Shown: one piece after another, positions 1-10,859 of the stretch
How positions within the stretch are numbered: the first letter of the stretch is position 1
Layout of the letters: the number at the start of each line of letters is the position of its first letter
NCBI GenBank assembly: GCA_964036045.1
Contig: OZ038378.1
Location: 39,680,001-39,744,000, forward strand
Length of the DNA: 64,000 nt
Reading direction: 5' to 3'
Origin: Eutreptiella sp. 'Long Island Sound 2002'
Lineage: Eukaryota; Protista; Euglenida
Translations under genes and position numbers: made by a program
The notes under the pieces: model-generated
Database searches by the model: none
The model's input: the letters and a program-made list of their open reading frames with translations, nothing else
Told to the model about the DNA's origin: nothing

Positions 1-3000
1 GCAACACACGCCAACCGAGAGCTACTGGCAGCGGCCATTGAACATTCCATCATACACCCCACCCAGTTCGGCGGGCTTCCGAACCGCAGATGCCAGGACC
101 ACATTTTCAACCTCTTATCCACGTTTCGGGAATCGGTCGGTAGCTACAGCCTCTACATTGATTTCAATAAGGCTTTTAACTCCGTCCCCCACACCACCCT
201 CTTCACAGTTCTATCCCGCCTGAACTTTCCTACGCCCCTTGTAAACCTCATTCAATCCTTGTACCGTGCCCCTCGCGACTTCCCAGTGGTGTCAGGTCAA
301 ACCCACTCCTCACACCTGCAAACCAGAGGCGTTCGGCAAGGATGCCCCATGTCACCAATCCTTTTCTGCCTCTACCTGAATGTGCTCCTCTTCGCCTTGC
401 CGTCCCACGTCACTGCACCCCCCTCCCCACACGAATCGGGCCACGCCTTTGTTGACGACCTCCTCTATCGATCAGAGAATGGGGACCGCATACAGCAAGT
501 TTTAAACTTCTTCGACACGGTCGCCAGGGAGTGGGGTCTAGACCTTAACCTCAGCAAAACCGAGATCCACGCTATGGGAACAGCTCCCCCCAGAACCTTC
601 ACCTCCCCCTCGGGCACCCCCCTGTCGACAACAAACCAAAAGACGGGGCAACCACACAATTGCTACAAATACCTAGGGGTATACATCTTCACCGCCAACC
701 ATGAGGCACAAACACTGGCATTGGCCAAGTCGGAAATACGCTCATTTTTCACAACCCTCCAACCCCTCCAGCTCACCCTTTCGGAATACATTCTCTTGGT
801 GAACGTCCAACTCATCCCCATTCTTTCCTACCGCCTCATGGCACACCCCCTGGCCCTGAACGAGTTGGGGGCCCTACAGGCCATGATCTGGCAAAATGTT
901 GCGCATGACCCCTCCCCGGACAGAGCCAACAGGATCTCCCGCCTCGTCTCCCCTAAGGCCCGCTACACCCCTCGCCACCAGGGAGGCTTAGGACTCCGCC
1001 ACTTCACTTTTTCAATTTGCATGGCCCTGGTAAACACCGCAATAAGGTACCTCAACGGAGACGGCCCGGCCTCGACAAACGAATCTTTTTCCGAAGCAAT
1101 GCTCTCCACCACACGCAACCCAATCCAAGACACCATCATGGACGCATGCCACGCCATAGGCTTCCGATACCACAGCACCGGCCTCTGGGCCTCCTGCCCC
1201 CCCTCCCTTTTCCTCCCAAAAGAAAAAGTCCAGGTCCGGTTCCTAGCCACCAAGCCGGCACCACAATACAGCAAGTTCGGCAACAGATTAAAACGGACGC
1301 CCCAGGACCTGGGGTTCCACCTAGGTACAGTCACGGAAGTGCACTCAGAATCGGCCACACTCCAGTTTTCGGACGGCACCACCCACACCATCAAAAACCC
1401 CGGTCTCCGCCGCAACGAGAAAGAATACACCTTTCAAAACCCAGCCATTACTGTCCTCCCTCAACTGGCGGGGCGCCACGAACTGCTCACCCCCCCCCTT
1501 CTTCACCCTCAAGAATACATCCTCAACCCCCCCCCCGGGCCATACGGCGGGGTCCTACTCGACTCGTCACTGCATGGCGAGCTGTACCGGCTCCCAGATG
1601 AACCTCACTCCCTTGACCCCGACGACCTCGAAGAATGGGGTTGTGAAGCAGCCCTTGCCCTCCTCCTCGCATCGTCCCCCGGCACGACATGGGTGTACTT
1701 GGATGGCTCAGCGGGCGCCTTGGGCTACGGATCGGCGGCCACCCTGTTTTTTCCAAATGGCTCCAGATGGGTACTGTGCCAAACGTCCCCGTACCAGTCA
1801 TCAGAGGGGTCGGAGTTCTGGGCCGCTATTATGTTCCTACGGTGGGCCCTTGCATCTCACCCGCACCTCACCTTCGCCGTGCTAGGGGACAACCTCCACG
1901 TTATCACTGTTCTCTCTCCGAACACCCCCCCAGGCCTCCCATCACGCTCGCCAGCCGGCACGTGGGAATCCTCTCTCCAGTCCATTCAGGCCTCCCTACG
2001 CCCAGGGATGATCCAGGGTTGGGGGTGGATCAAGGGGCACGCCGGGTTCGTGGGGAATGAAATCTCAGATGCTTACTCAAAGTGGGCCGCCCACGTGATG
2101 GTCTGGGACCCCTCCCTCCTTCCCCCCCCCCCGATAGGGTGCATATCCAGGGGCCCCCTCCCAGTCATACACAAATTGACTACAACCTCAATCAAGCATC
2201 TCCTCCCTCGCCACGAACACGAAAACATCCACGCACCGTCCAGCTTCCATTTTTACAATCACACTTCGTGGTTCAAAGGCCTCCCTTTCAAATGGTCCTC
2301 CGGAAATTTCAACATGGCGCCATTTGCTTTCCACGACGACTTGCGCCCTCGCCATTGCCACGCTTGCCCCGACCCGCACCCGATGGATGTTATCTCTTTC
2401 GTCTCACACTGCCCAACGTGCGAACACCTGGTCCAATCCTACATTCAATGCTGGCGCCCCCCCTTCACCACGGTGGTGTCCCAATGGTGGTCCGCGACCA
2501 CACACGTGGGGGAGAGACGCAATTTCGTCCGGGGGCTTGTTCCCATGACGCTGTACACCAAACTCACAACCCCCCCCTCCGGCCGAAGAAAACCAGCACA
2601 CTGTCACGACTTAAAACTCGCCCTGAAGGATCGTGTTCCCCTGCTCCTCAGCGCCCTATACCGCACGCTGGAATGGCTAAAAGACCACCCCCCCCCAGCC
2701 CCGCTCACCCCCCCTACGGGCCCCAACTCATGGGGACGCCCCTGGTCGCCCTACAGCACGTCGCACACCGCCCAACAACGCCCCCCCCCCGCCTACCACC
2801 CTCCCCCCCCCCTCCCGGACAAAGTCGCACACAAGCCCCCAAAACGCCCCCGCCCCCCATCTCCTGCGGCACACACCAAAACTCGAAAACACGGCCGCCA
2901 GCCCCCAAGGCCCGTCCGGCCTCTATCACTGAAACGCGGTACCGCAAGTCAACCCCAGCCAGAGCCTCCGCCCCCCAAACGGCCGCTCACAATCAGGGAC

Positions 3001-3168
3001 ATGTTCAACCTCCCCCCCCCCCCTAGACCAGCACCCCCCCTCGCCGCCTCCGCCCCCATTTCCGCCCCTTCTCCTCGCATAACAAGGTACTTCGCACCAG
3101 CCCCCCCCTCCCCCGCGAGTACAAACTCACAATCGTCCTCACACTCGTCCAACGTGTCATCTCTTTGA
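1..3168 (+). CDS. Non-LTR retrotransposon (LINE) polyprotein, 5' part outside the window: reverse transcriptase + RNase H + Cys/His knuckle + Pro-rich tail
   Basis: Frame +1 is open from base 1 to TGA at 3166-3168 (the ORF track starts it at a TTG at 259). RT motifs: QFGGLPNRRCQDHIF, LYIDFNKAFNSV, GVRQGCPMSPILF, AFVDDL, WGLDLNLSKT, YKYLGV. RNase H motifs: WVYLDGS, SEGSEF, LGDNLHV, WIKGHAGFVGNEISD. C-terminal CHAC...SHCPTC. Confidence 0.95.
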   Translation, partial: ATHANRELLAAAIEHSIIHPTQFGGLPNRRCQDHIFNLLSTFRESVGSYSLYIDFNKAFNSVPHTTLFTVLSRLNFPTPLVNLIQSLYRAPRDFPVVSGQTHSSHLQTRGVRQGCPMSPILFCLYLNVLLFALPSHVTAPPSPHESGHAFVDDLLYRSENGDRIQQVLNFFDTVAREWGLDLNLSKTEIHAMGTAPPRTFTSPSGTPLSTTNQKTGQPHNCYKYLGVYIFTANHEAQTLALAKSEIRSFFTTLQPLQLTLSEYILLVNVQLIPILSYRLMAHPLALNELGALQAMIWQNVAHDPSPDRANRISRLVSPKARYTPRHQGGLGLRHFTFSICMALVNTAIRYLNGDGPASTNESFSEAMLSTTRNPIQDTIMDACHAIGFRYHSTGLWASCPPSLFLPKEKVQVRFLATKPAPQYSKFGNRLKRTPQDLGFHLGTVTEVHSESATLQFSDGTTHTIKNPGLRRNEKEYTFQNPAITVLPQLAGRHELLTPPLLHPQEYILNPPPGPYGGVLLDSSLHGELYRLPDEPHSLDPDDLEEWGCEAALALLLASSPGTTWVYLDGSAGALGYGSAATLFFPNGSRWVLCQTSPYQSSEGSEFWAAIMFLRWALASHPHLTFAVLGDNLHVITVLSPNTPPGLPSRSPAGTWESSLQSIQASLRPGMIQGWGWIKGHAGFVGNEISDAYSKWAAHVMVWDPSLLPPPPIGCISRGPLPVIHKLTTTSIKHLLPRHEHENIHAPSSFHFYNHTSWFKGLPFKWSSGNFNMAPFAFHDDLRPRHCHACPDPHPMDVISFVSHCPTCEHLVQSYIQCWRPPFTTVVSQWWSATTHVGERRNFVRGLVPMTLYTKLTTPPSGRRKPAHCHDLKLALKDRVPLLLSALYRTLEWLKDHPPPAPLTPPTGPNSWGRPWSPYSTSHTAQQRPPPAYHPPPPLPDKVAHKPPKRPRPPSPAAHTKTRKHGRQPPRPVRPLSLKRGTASQPQPEPPPPKRPLTIRDMFNLPPPPRPAPPLAASAPISAPSPRITRYFAPAPPSPASTNSQSSSHSSNVSSL

Positions 3169-3384
3169 AAAAGCCACACTTACACATTTTCTCACGCCGA
3201 CCCTCGGCAGCCCTAGCGGCGCGATCAATCAGTACTACCACACTGGCACTCACCAGTCACTTCTGCAAATGAATCCCTCCCCCAAGCCACCCCCCGTGCT
3301 CAAGCCGTCATGCTCTAACCCCCAATCCGCAACCACACCGCCTTCGGGTATCAAGCGGAGACCCCGGCCTGCGGTTGTCTATAA
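1..3384 (+). mobile_element. Young RNase H-bearing LINE with ~215-bp 3' UTR
   Basis: Uninterrupted ORF. The C-rich 3' UTR ends near ...GTTGTCTATAA (~3384), where minus-strand gag sequence takes over. The 3' boundary is approximate and there is no poly(A). Confidence 0.8.
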
Positions 3385-5719
3385 CGGGGCTGCCAAGTCT
3401 CTTTGAGATGAAGCAGACGAGGACAGCAACGTGCAGCGGTACTCAGCCCGCGATTGAACTTGATTTCGGGCTCCCGCCCCTCCCCAAAAAAAAAAGCTTG
3501 GCGCGCAAGAGCCTTTCTCCCCGGCCTGGCCAGCCACAAAAGGCGCCGTTCAGTGCAAAAAAGGTTCCTACGGATCATGCTTTTGTTGATCAGGTCCGCA
3601 ACGTCTTTCGGGATTGCTCCCAAAAAAAGGTTTTGATAAGCTTTCCTTCGCCGAGCGCGACCCCCACATCTTGCTCCGACCTGGCAGAGGACAGAACCCA
3701 GTCCTGTGCCTTCAACCCGTTGCCGTCCCAAGTGGGAACGACGTCCCGGGGTTGTACATCCTTCAGGGCACGGGGGTCCAGTAGGGGCGGGGCCATGGTG
3801 TTATACACCCCCCGGCCATACCGCGGGATTCGACCTCCACCGGGATACACATCCACGATGTGGGGGTTAGTGGTGGCCCTGAGGGCGTAGGCACCTCTGA
3901 AAGCGCAAAGCCTCTCAAGGGACCCATAATGGGTTTGATCTTGGGCAGTTTTTCTCCCTGGGGGAAACGTTCAATTGTTACCCTCGTCATCACAAAACCT
4001 GAGATTGATTCCCCTACAATGCCTGAAATCTGCATTGGCGTCTCGGTTTCCCCTCGGTGGCATGCCATCATGGGTTGGTACCCGATGGTCTGAGGCTGCA
4101 TCGGATCGATGCGTCTCATTATGGAAACCAGCAGGCCGGTCCCGTTGTGGATGCATGAACGGATTGCTTGGCCTTGCCTCGGACACCCGTGAGGGTTCGG
4201 AGAAATACCCCCCGAAAGGTCCTCGCGGGGCCGGTTCCGCTCTGTCAGGTTAATAACCTCCGTCCATGGGGTTAACTCCCCTTGGCCTGAGGTGTTCCTC
4301 CTGCAGTTGGGCCATCAGGGTGTTCATATTGTGCCCGAGTGTCCTTATTGGCGCCTCAAAATACGAACTGGCCTGCCCTAGCTCCCTTGCCAGATGAGTT
4401 ACGGCATTTTTGTCAAAGCCTTTGGGCGGCCCTGGGGCGCAGGATGTCTTCGGGCCTTCAGTTCTCTTCGCCAGGTCCTCCAACGCTTGTACCCGCATTT
4501 CCATCTGTCCAACTTGGTCTTGAGTCTTCCGTCCTCTCGAGTCGTCTTCAGTTTTCAGGATCCTCATTCCCAGTTGGACGACCTGGTCTTGAGTTTCTCT
4601 GAGGACTTCTTCCTGACGCCGCTGCGTGTTGGTGGTGGCCCCCTTGTACAGAGCATGTTCCTCTTCAAGTCTGGCCAGGGACTCCAGCAACACATTGACC
4701 TTGCTGGGATCAGCGTTCCCCGCAGCTTTGTTGGCGGCACCGAAGGCATCTAGTCGATCCAACCGAGTCTCCATGGCCTTGATCTCTTCCGTTTCCATCT
4801 GGAGTTGTTCTGCTTGTGCCACTACGTTTGCGGCAGTTTGGTCCATCTGGTTGCTGATCACTTTCAGCTGATCAGACGCTGCTCTGACCGCTTCGTCGGC
4901 TTGGTCCGCCTTTGCGTTGATGGACTGCACTCCGGCCTGAACTTCTCCTAGGCCTTGTAGGTCATTCCCTTGCGCCTGGGAAAGGCTGGCGATCTCCTGC
5001 TCCAGGGCGGCCAGACCGGACTTCAGGACATCCAGTTGATTCCCCATGAAGTCAATCGGGTTGTCCAGGCCAGCGCGTCCAGGGGCCTGGGCTCCAGATA
5101 GCGTCTCAACTTGACGCATCACCTCCTCCACAAAGTCCTTCAATTCGGCAACTCGGAGAAGAAGTCGATGTCCTTCCGACCAACGCAAATCCAACGATTG
5201 CATGGTGGTTTGCCGAACCCCATCCATCAGCTGGCGTAGCTGATAAATGGCCATGATGGTCTCGTTGGTGATCTCATCCATGGTGGACCGATACCCGGCG
5301 AACCTCTCCGTCAGGTCCCGCAGTTGGCCCATTGCCAGGGAGGCGTCAATCTGGAAGTCCACAACCCGTACTCCGCGCACTCGGCTGCCATCAATCGCCG
5401 TCCACTCAACGGCATCCATCATTCGGCTTCGGTTGCGGTCTGCCTGGACCCAGATTGACCTGCCGAAGCCTTCGTGCATCCGCAGCTCGTTCACCGGGTA
5501 CTGTTGCGTATTCAGGGACTTATACGTAGGCGCTACCAAAGCACCGGCAGCCTGCGGGTTGCTGTAGGTCAAACTCAGCATTGGGCTGGGCATATGCTCG
5601 TCGGAAGATAAGTCCGACGGATGCCCACCCATGGGATGGACGCGTGTCCTCAGTGGTCTTGGTCCCATCTCGCCAATGACGTTCAGGTCCTCAAGTGTGG
5701 GCTGGTTTGAGTCGTCCAT
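3385..5719 (-). pseudogene. gag: Decayed gag of an LTR retrotransposon (long coiled-coil N-terminus plus capsid-like region), cut off on the left by the LINE
   Basis: ORFs 4250..5719, 3971..4186 and 3590..3856 lie in one frame separated by single stops. Heptad-rich Q/E/L/A region is followed by the capsid-like motif VVPTWDGNGLKAQDW...KLIKT(fs)LGAIPKDVADLI. A PBS lies ~100 bp upstream. Confidence 0.7.
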
Positions 5720-5818
5720 GACGATATATCTTGTTGTTGTTCTTCTTGTCGTTCTTCTGCTCTGCAGGTCGTTCTTTAGCTCCTCTTGTACTCTTGGTGC
5801 TAGAGGAGCAAGGAACTG

Positions 5819-5830
5819 CCTCTGCTACCA
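5819..5830 (-). promoter_or_regulatory. Primer-binding site complementary to the 3' end of initiator tRNA-Met
   Basis: Minus strand reads TGGTAGCAGAGG, complementary to CCUCUGCUACCA, the 3' end of animal-type tRNAi-Met. It sits just upstream of the gag ATG. Confidence 0.8.
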
Positions 5831-8619
5831 ACGGTTACGCCTCGACTCCTTCTTCGTAAGGGAAGGATGACCTTGTCCTAGTCACCCTTGGATCTACAGG
5901 ACAACACTGCAATGCAACAAGAGCAAGAAGTCCACACTTGAATCTCAACCCAAGTATCAACAATAACGAAAAAACCATCACGAAAGAGACATCCCCTGAG
6001 AGGAAGGGGAGAACAATGGACAAATATGAACACAAGACCTCATGCCTGACCTACATGCAAATGGGCAGTTTCAGGTCTTCATTCGGTATGGAAATGTAGA
6101 GTCGGGAAGTGCCCTCAAAACACACAAACTTCAGCAATTCTATTCTACAATAACATGTCCTAATGGACTGCAAACAAGGTCCCACAGCGAAAGCAAAGGA
6201 GCAATGGACACTCAGGACTTAGGACTCAAACATCCACAAATAGTGCATCCAAGGGGGCGTCCATACGGGTGCACTAAGGACCTCAGGAATGGCAAAAAAT
6301 AGGCAACATCGAAGCAATCCCCGTGGGTGCCCCGGGCAGCCAAGGGGGAAGCAATGGCTCATGTGATAGGAGGCACGACCTCAGACTCATATCTAAGTGC
6401 AAGACCTGAAATTGGGTCTGGGATTTTCATGGGCATAAAGATATGGGGCCGCCAATTGACCACATGGGGGGCTAAAATTGGAGTCCCAAAAAGGGTTGTT
6501 TTGGCATACCCAAAAATGAGCCAAAATTGAAGGTATCACCAAGGGTCTTCCTGCATGATGGCTTGGAGATGGGACTCAGCCTTTGATGTGGGACCCAAGG
6601 GGAGTCCAATGTGGGCCCACACGTACTTGGTTCCCAACGATTGCCATGGGCCATGGCATGGTGATAGCCGGACTTGTACTCACAAGCGGCAAATGGGCAA
6701 AATTGTCCACACTCACCTTCGCATAGCTGATTGTGAGCGGGCGCTTCGGTTCACTCACGTGGTGTGTGAGTCGTGGGGACCAATGTGCATAAGCTACATA
6801 CCGTAAGTGGTCCATTGGTCCATGCGTCCGGCGTGCAGGGGGGGGCGTAAAAAAAGAGGAAATGGCAGAAAATGGCCAAAAATGCGCACACCCATGGTGG
6901 AGGCAAATGGAGCACACGTCCGACTTGGACCGGGGTGCGCGCCAGAATTAGTATCAAGTCCTATGTGTCCAACATAGCTTTTGGCTGTTGCCGAAACCCC
7001 CCTGGATTTTGGACTGGCAGGGCCGCCAAGAGAGCCCATAATTTGCAATTGGCGCAAATTGCGCCCATGGTGGCCCTGGTGTGCCAAATCCAAGAAGAGT
7101 TATTGGCTAAGTCCAAGATATGATGGGCACGAAAGTGTCTACTCTCATCACATATCTGAGTCATGATATTCATTGAGGGTGACGGTGAGATACACGGTCG
7201 CCACTTGGCATCATGACGGCCGGAAAAATGGTAAAATTGATGAAGCAACACGCAGAATGGACTTGAAATCCCCACAATTATATTACAATATATCCGGCTT
7301 AAATTGAGTAGCCGGCGAATCTCTTCACACACTATGTCTTGGTACCATGGACATTCCATTCCACACTTGAGGTCCACTTGGGGTGCCAAGGAAGGTTACT
7401 CGCGCTGCTCCCGAAGTGGGCACGTGAAAAAATGTAAAAATGCAAGTAACACACCTTGCTTGCACCGCATCGCTTCGGGTGTGCTCTGCATTGGTCCTTG
7501 GGTGAAGATTAGACTTTCGAGTGTTGGTTTGCGTTATGAAGAAGGGCTCCGATTAATATGGGGTACATAGGCGGGTTTGTCTTGGAATGGTACACCCGCC
7601 AAATGGGCAGACGAAATGACCCATATTTGCCGAACCACCCTACCCAAGCCTTTTATACCCAACCTAGTGGCCTAGGACCAAAGTATGCCTATATTCTTAT
7701 GTAACCTTTGTCCTTGAACAAACATGCAAGTGCTTGGGTTGGAAATCGACCTCATTTCCGAAGTAGACTTTTGACATGCAAGCACAAAATATGGCGAAGT
7801 GGGTTATAATGGACATATATGCTCACTCCGGGGAAGGCAAGTGATATGACCCGGGCGTTAAGGCATGCATGCAAAGAGGGAGATTATACCAACTCAACAT
7901 TATTCTACATGTACTTTGGCGCCAAGTACATGAGAATGCCCAGGTTTTGGAAAATCCCAAAAATGTATAACCCTTTGGGATGATTGAGTTGGGATCCAAT
8001 GGCTTCAATACGAGGGTGATATGGGCAAACCCTCATCAAGAGTGCCTATGAGGCACATTAGGTCGCCCTAGGGAGATTGAACGCGCGAATCACTCGTTAT
8101 TGGACTTGGGGGATTGGAGCGGGTTTGGAGATTTTTCTTCACGGGAAAAATCGGCAACTTACGTCAAAAATTATAGAAAAAAATTGCGGAACACTCGAAG
8201 GGTATTGCGCCCTTAGGTTCTCAAAAAATCACTTCATAAATTTCGCTTACCAGAGCCGCGGCACAGGCCGAGGCGGCAATTGCGACTGCGACAACGGGCG
8301 CCTGTGGTAACATAATCGACCATGATCGAGTTCCGATGCAACTCGGTCACCAACATAAAATTGTTGGAATTCCTGATTGCCTGATGCCACTCATGGCAAT
8401 TAACGGCAACGTCGGGAATCAAATCGTCTTGCAGTCACTTGGTATCTCAGCGAAAGAAGGGAGATACCTCAGGGACATCGTAAGGGTCCCCATGGGGGGC
8501 CAAAGAGGCGGCCCTTACAGGCTGGTCAATCCGAAAATACTGAAGAGGGCCCTGCTAGGGCCGCAAAGCTTACATTTGTGGTGCGGACGCCGTTAGAATT
8601 CTTCATTGAGTGCCGGACT

Positions 8620-9187
8620 GTTTCCGCTGGGTACTTCCTTGTTTCTCTTGTTTGTCTTATGATTTTGAATTTTGACGTGGCAAAAAACTTCTGCATTGTT
8701 GCAAGAAGATTGAAATAGTCCAAGTGCTCAAGAACACCGGATTTGCTTGTATTGATTTCAAATCTGGAAACTACTTGAACTCCGAGGAAACCAACCACTT
8801 GTGGCAATCCACTACAACATCATGACGGGAATAGATCGAGTGGTTGGTGTAGTCGGTCGGCGTGATCGATTTTAGAAGGCAAAAGTGTAGGACAAAGGCA
8901 AGTTTGAGTCAATTTCTCGTCCAGAGTTGCTTGAGTTCGGGCAATAAAGCTGCTTGCTTTTCGCGGTTGACGTTGCGGTACGCTCCTTGCTCCCACATTG
9001 CGACATTGCCAAGAAAGCGGCATTGCCAAACAAGGCGGCTAGAACGGTGTTCACGGTAGTGCGTTGTTGCACTAGGCGACTAGCAAATGTCCGCAAGGGT
9101 AAATCTCTTGCCACAGCTCCAAGTTGCAATTTCGCCCCAGCTTGATGGGCAGATGGGGACGATTTAGTTTTTGATCTGCCCCGACAT
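8620..9187 (-). pseudogene. Processed pseudogene/retrocopy of an unknown trans-spliced mRNA
   Basis: ATG at 9187 lies 21 nt after the SL relic. One frame continues ~190 codons with only scattered point stops (..WQCRFLGNVAMWEQGAYRNVNREKQAALLPELKQLWTRN*LKLAFVLHFCLLKSITPTDYTNHSIYSRHDVVVDCHKWLVSSEFK*FPDLKSIQANPVF..). Product not recognised. Confidence 0.5.
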
Positions 9188-9208
9188 TAACAGGATCTGT
9201 GGGTCAAT

Positions 9209-9234
9209 CGAAAAGAATAGACACTAAGAAAGCG
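9209..9234 (-). other. Euglenid spliced-leader (SL) relic
   Basis: Minus strand reads CGCTTTCTTAGTGTCTATTCTTTTCG versus the Euglena SL ACTTTCTGAGTGTCTATTTTTTTTCG. It is followed by ATTG, not a GT donor, so it is cDNA-like rather than an SL RNA gene. Confidence 0.8.
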
Positions 9235-9289
9235 ACAACTCTCCTGGGTTGTTCTGGGACGAGTAGTCCACCAAAACGGAGTTTAGGCA

Positions 9290-9420
9290 ATCCTCAGGGA
9301 GCAGGAAGGAAGAAAAAGGTTCCAAGGTAGCTTTCTCCACTCCAAACCCTTCCTAGAGGGTGAGGAATCGCCACCCTTGGCAGTAGCGTTGTCGGAGGAT
9401 GGACTTCACCATGTAGAGGT
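9290..9420 (-). pseudogene. C-terminal chromodomain of the integrase
   Basis: Manual translation gives LYMVKSILRQRYCQGWRFLTL*EGFGVEKATLEPF, matching the chromodomain consensus YxVExIL...YLVKWxGY...TWEP (both conserved W codons appear mutated, to TAG and TTG). Confidence 0.75.
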
Positions 9421-9699
9421 CTTCCTTGGCCATCACCTCAGCGTTCATGTCGGGGAGTTCTCCTTCTACTTCCATCGGGCTGGCAGCGCCCTGTAGGTCA
9501 AAAGCGGCGATCTCCTCGTCATTCAGTTCCCACTCTTCGGTACAGAGGTCATCTGGGTTGTATTAGTGCTTCAGCTGTTGGGCTGAGCACACCAGGATCC
9601 CCCCTAGTCGGGGAGAACACTGCACAGTGATGCGGTGACCGTCCACCAACACGATCTTCCAGGACCCAAAGTAGGGGTCATCACTGGTGTAGCACGGCC

Positions 9700-10580
9700 A
9701 GGCGGGTAGCCGACTGTTGTGCACCAACACCCAGTCACCCTCTTAGTGGGATGCACGCACTCGGTGTCTGTTCTTCATGGTCCACTCTCGCTCCCTCACT
9801 CCTTGGAGCATAGCTTTGGCCTTGTCTACCTTGTCCTATTGCTCCTTCACCCATTTTCCCACCATAGAGTAGGAATCTCCATGATAGGGAGCGTGTAGGT
9901 ACACCCCGGTCGCCCCATGAATAGCTCATGGGATGAATAGCCAGTTGTTGAACTCTCTTGAGAATGCATCATCAGGGAAATGTCGGGGAGTAGTCTCATC
10001 CAGTCTTTGGTGCGTTCAGTCTTGCACCATATCCTGACGTTCTTCTTGAGACCTCGGATCTGTCGCTCACATAGGGGGCTATCCGTATGAGTGTAGGGAA
10101 TCTCTGTAGACACTTGGACATTGAGGGATCTCAGGACTCTCCTGTACCAGCCAATGTCTGAGCGCACTCTGTCGTCCTCGTCGGAATGGATCTCTTTAGG
10201 TGCCCCATAGACAGAGAACCACTCTTCGTGGAGTATCTTGATTGTCTCCTCCCCGGTGATGTGCCTGGTACATGGGATCACTCCGATAAACCTGGTCAAC
10301 CCACAGGTCACCACTAGGGCAAAGTCATAGCCCCGAACCTTCGGCACCTGCGTTTAGTCAACATCGAGCACACTGCTGGCACAGTGGAGGATGGAAACGG
10401 TCAAAAAAAGACCTCTGTCCTTGATACCCCCAGGTTTACAAGACCTGCACGGGCACCTGTCCGCGATAGGTGGCAGGGTTTTCCGTAGTTGATCATCACT
10501 CCACGTAGAGTGGAACCACTTCTTGAACAGTTTCAAGGTACGGTTGACACCAAAATGACAACTGGACTCATGGTCCACTT
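9700..10580 (-). pseudogene. Gypsy integrase (HHCC zinc finger plus DDE core)
   Basis: HESSCHFGVNRT...CPCRSCKP; YGAPKEIHSDED; PLCERQIRGLK; ELFMGRP (ORFs 10354..10578 and 9847..10347). Confidence 0.9.
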
Positions 10581-10859
10581 GAGCAGAGCCGGGATACGGT
10601 CGCTAGCTGGCAAGAGTATCCGGTCCTCATGCCAGAGATAGGTCTTATCACGTTTCCACTGCTCCTCATTGACCGGGACAGGTTCCGAACGCTTCTCCAG
10701 GCGTTTGTAGATATCCCCAAACTCCTTCACGTACTCAACTTGTTGGAGTTCATCTAGAGGTGCGATCATGGTCATGTTCAGGTCAAGGTGTACATCTATT
10801 CGGCAGAACGCCTTCTTGGCTAGCTCCTCACAACGTGCACCAATCATGTCGTCAAAGCT

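Noticed and set aside
1017-3026. Long overlapping ORFs 1017..1601 and 2082..3026 in alternative frames of the LINE
   Set aside because: C-rich, stop-poor shadow frames with Pro/Arg low complexity and no motifs.
6000-8230. Short ORFs and candidate LTR sequence between the two LTR elements
   Set aside because: No motifs, and no match to the sequence upstream of either PBS was found by eye; left unannotated.
9209-9234. SL RNA gene
   Set aside because: No GT splice donor follows the leader and there is no tandem SL/5S context; it fits a cDNA relic.
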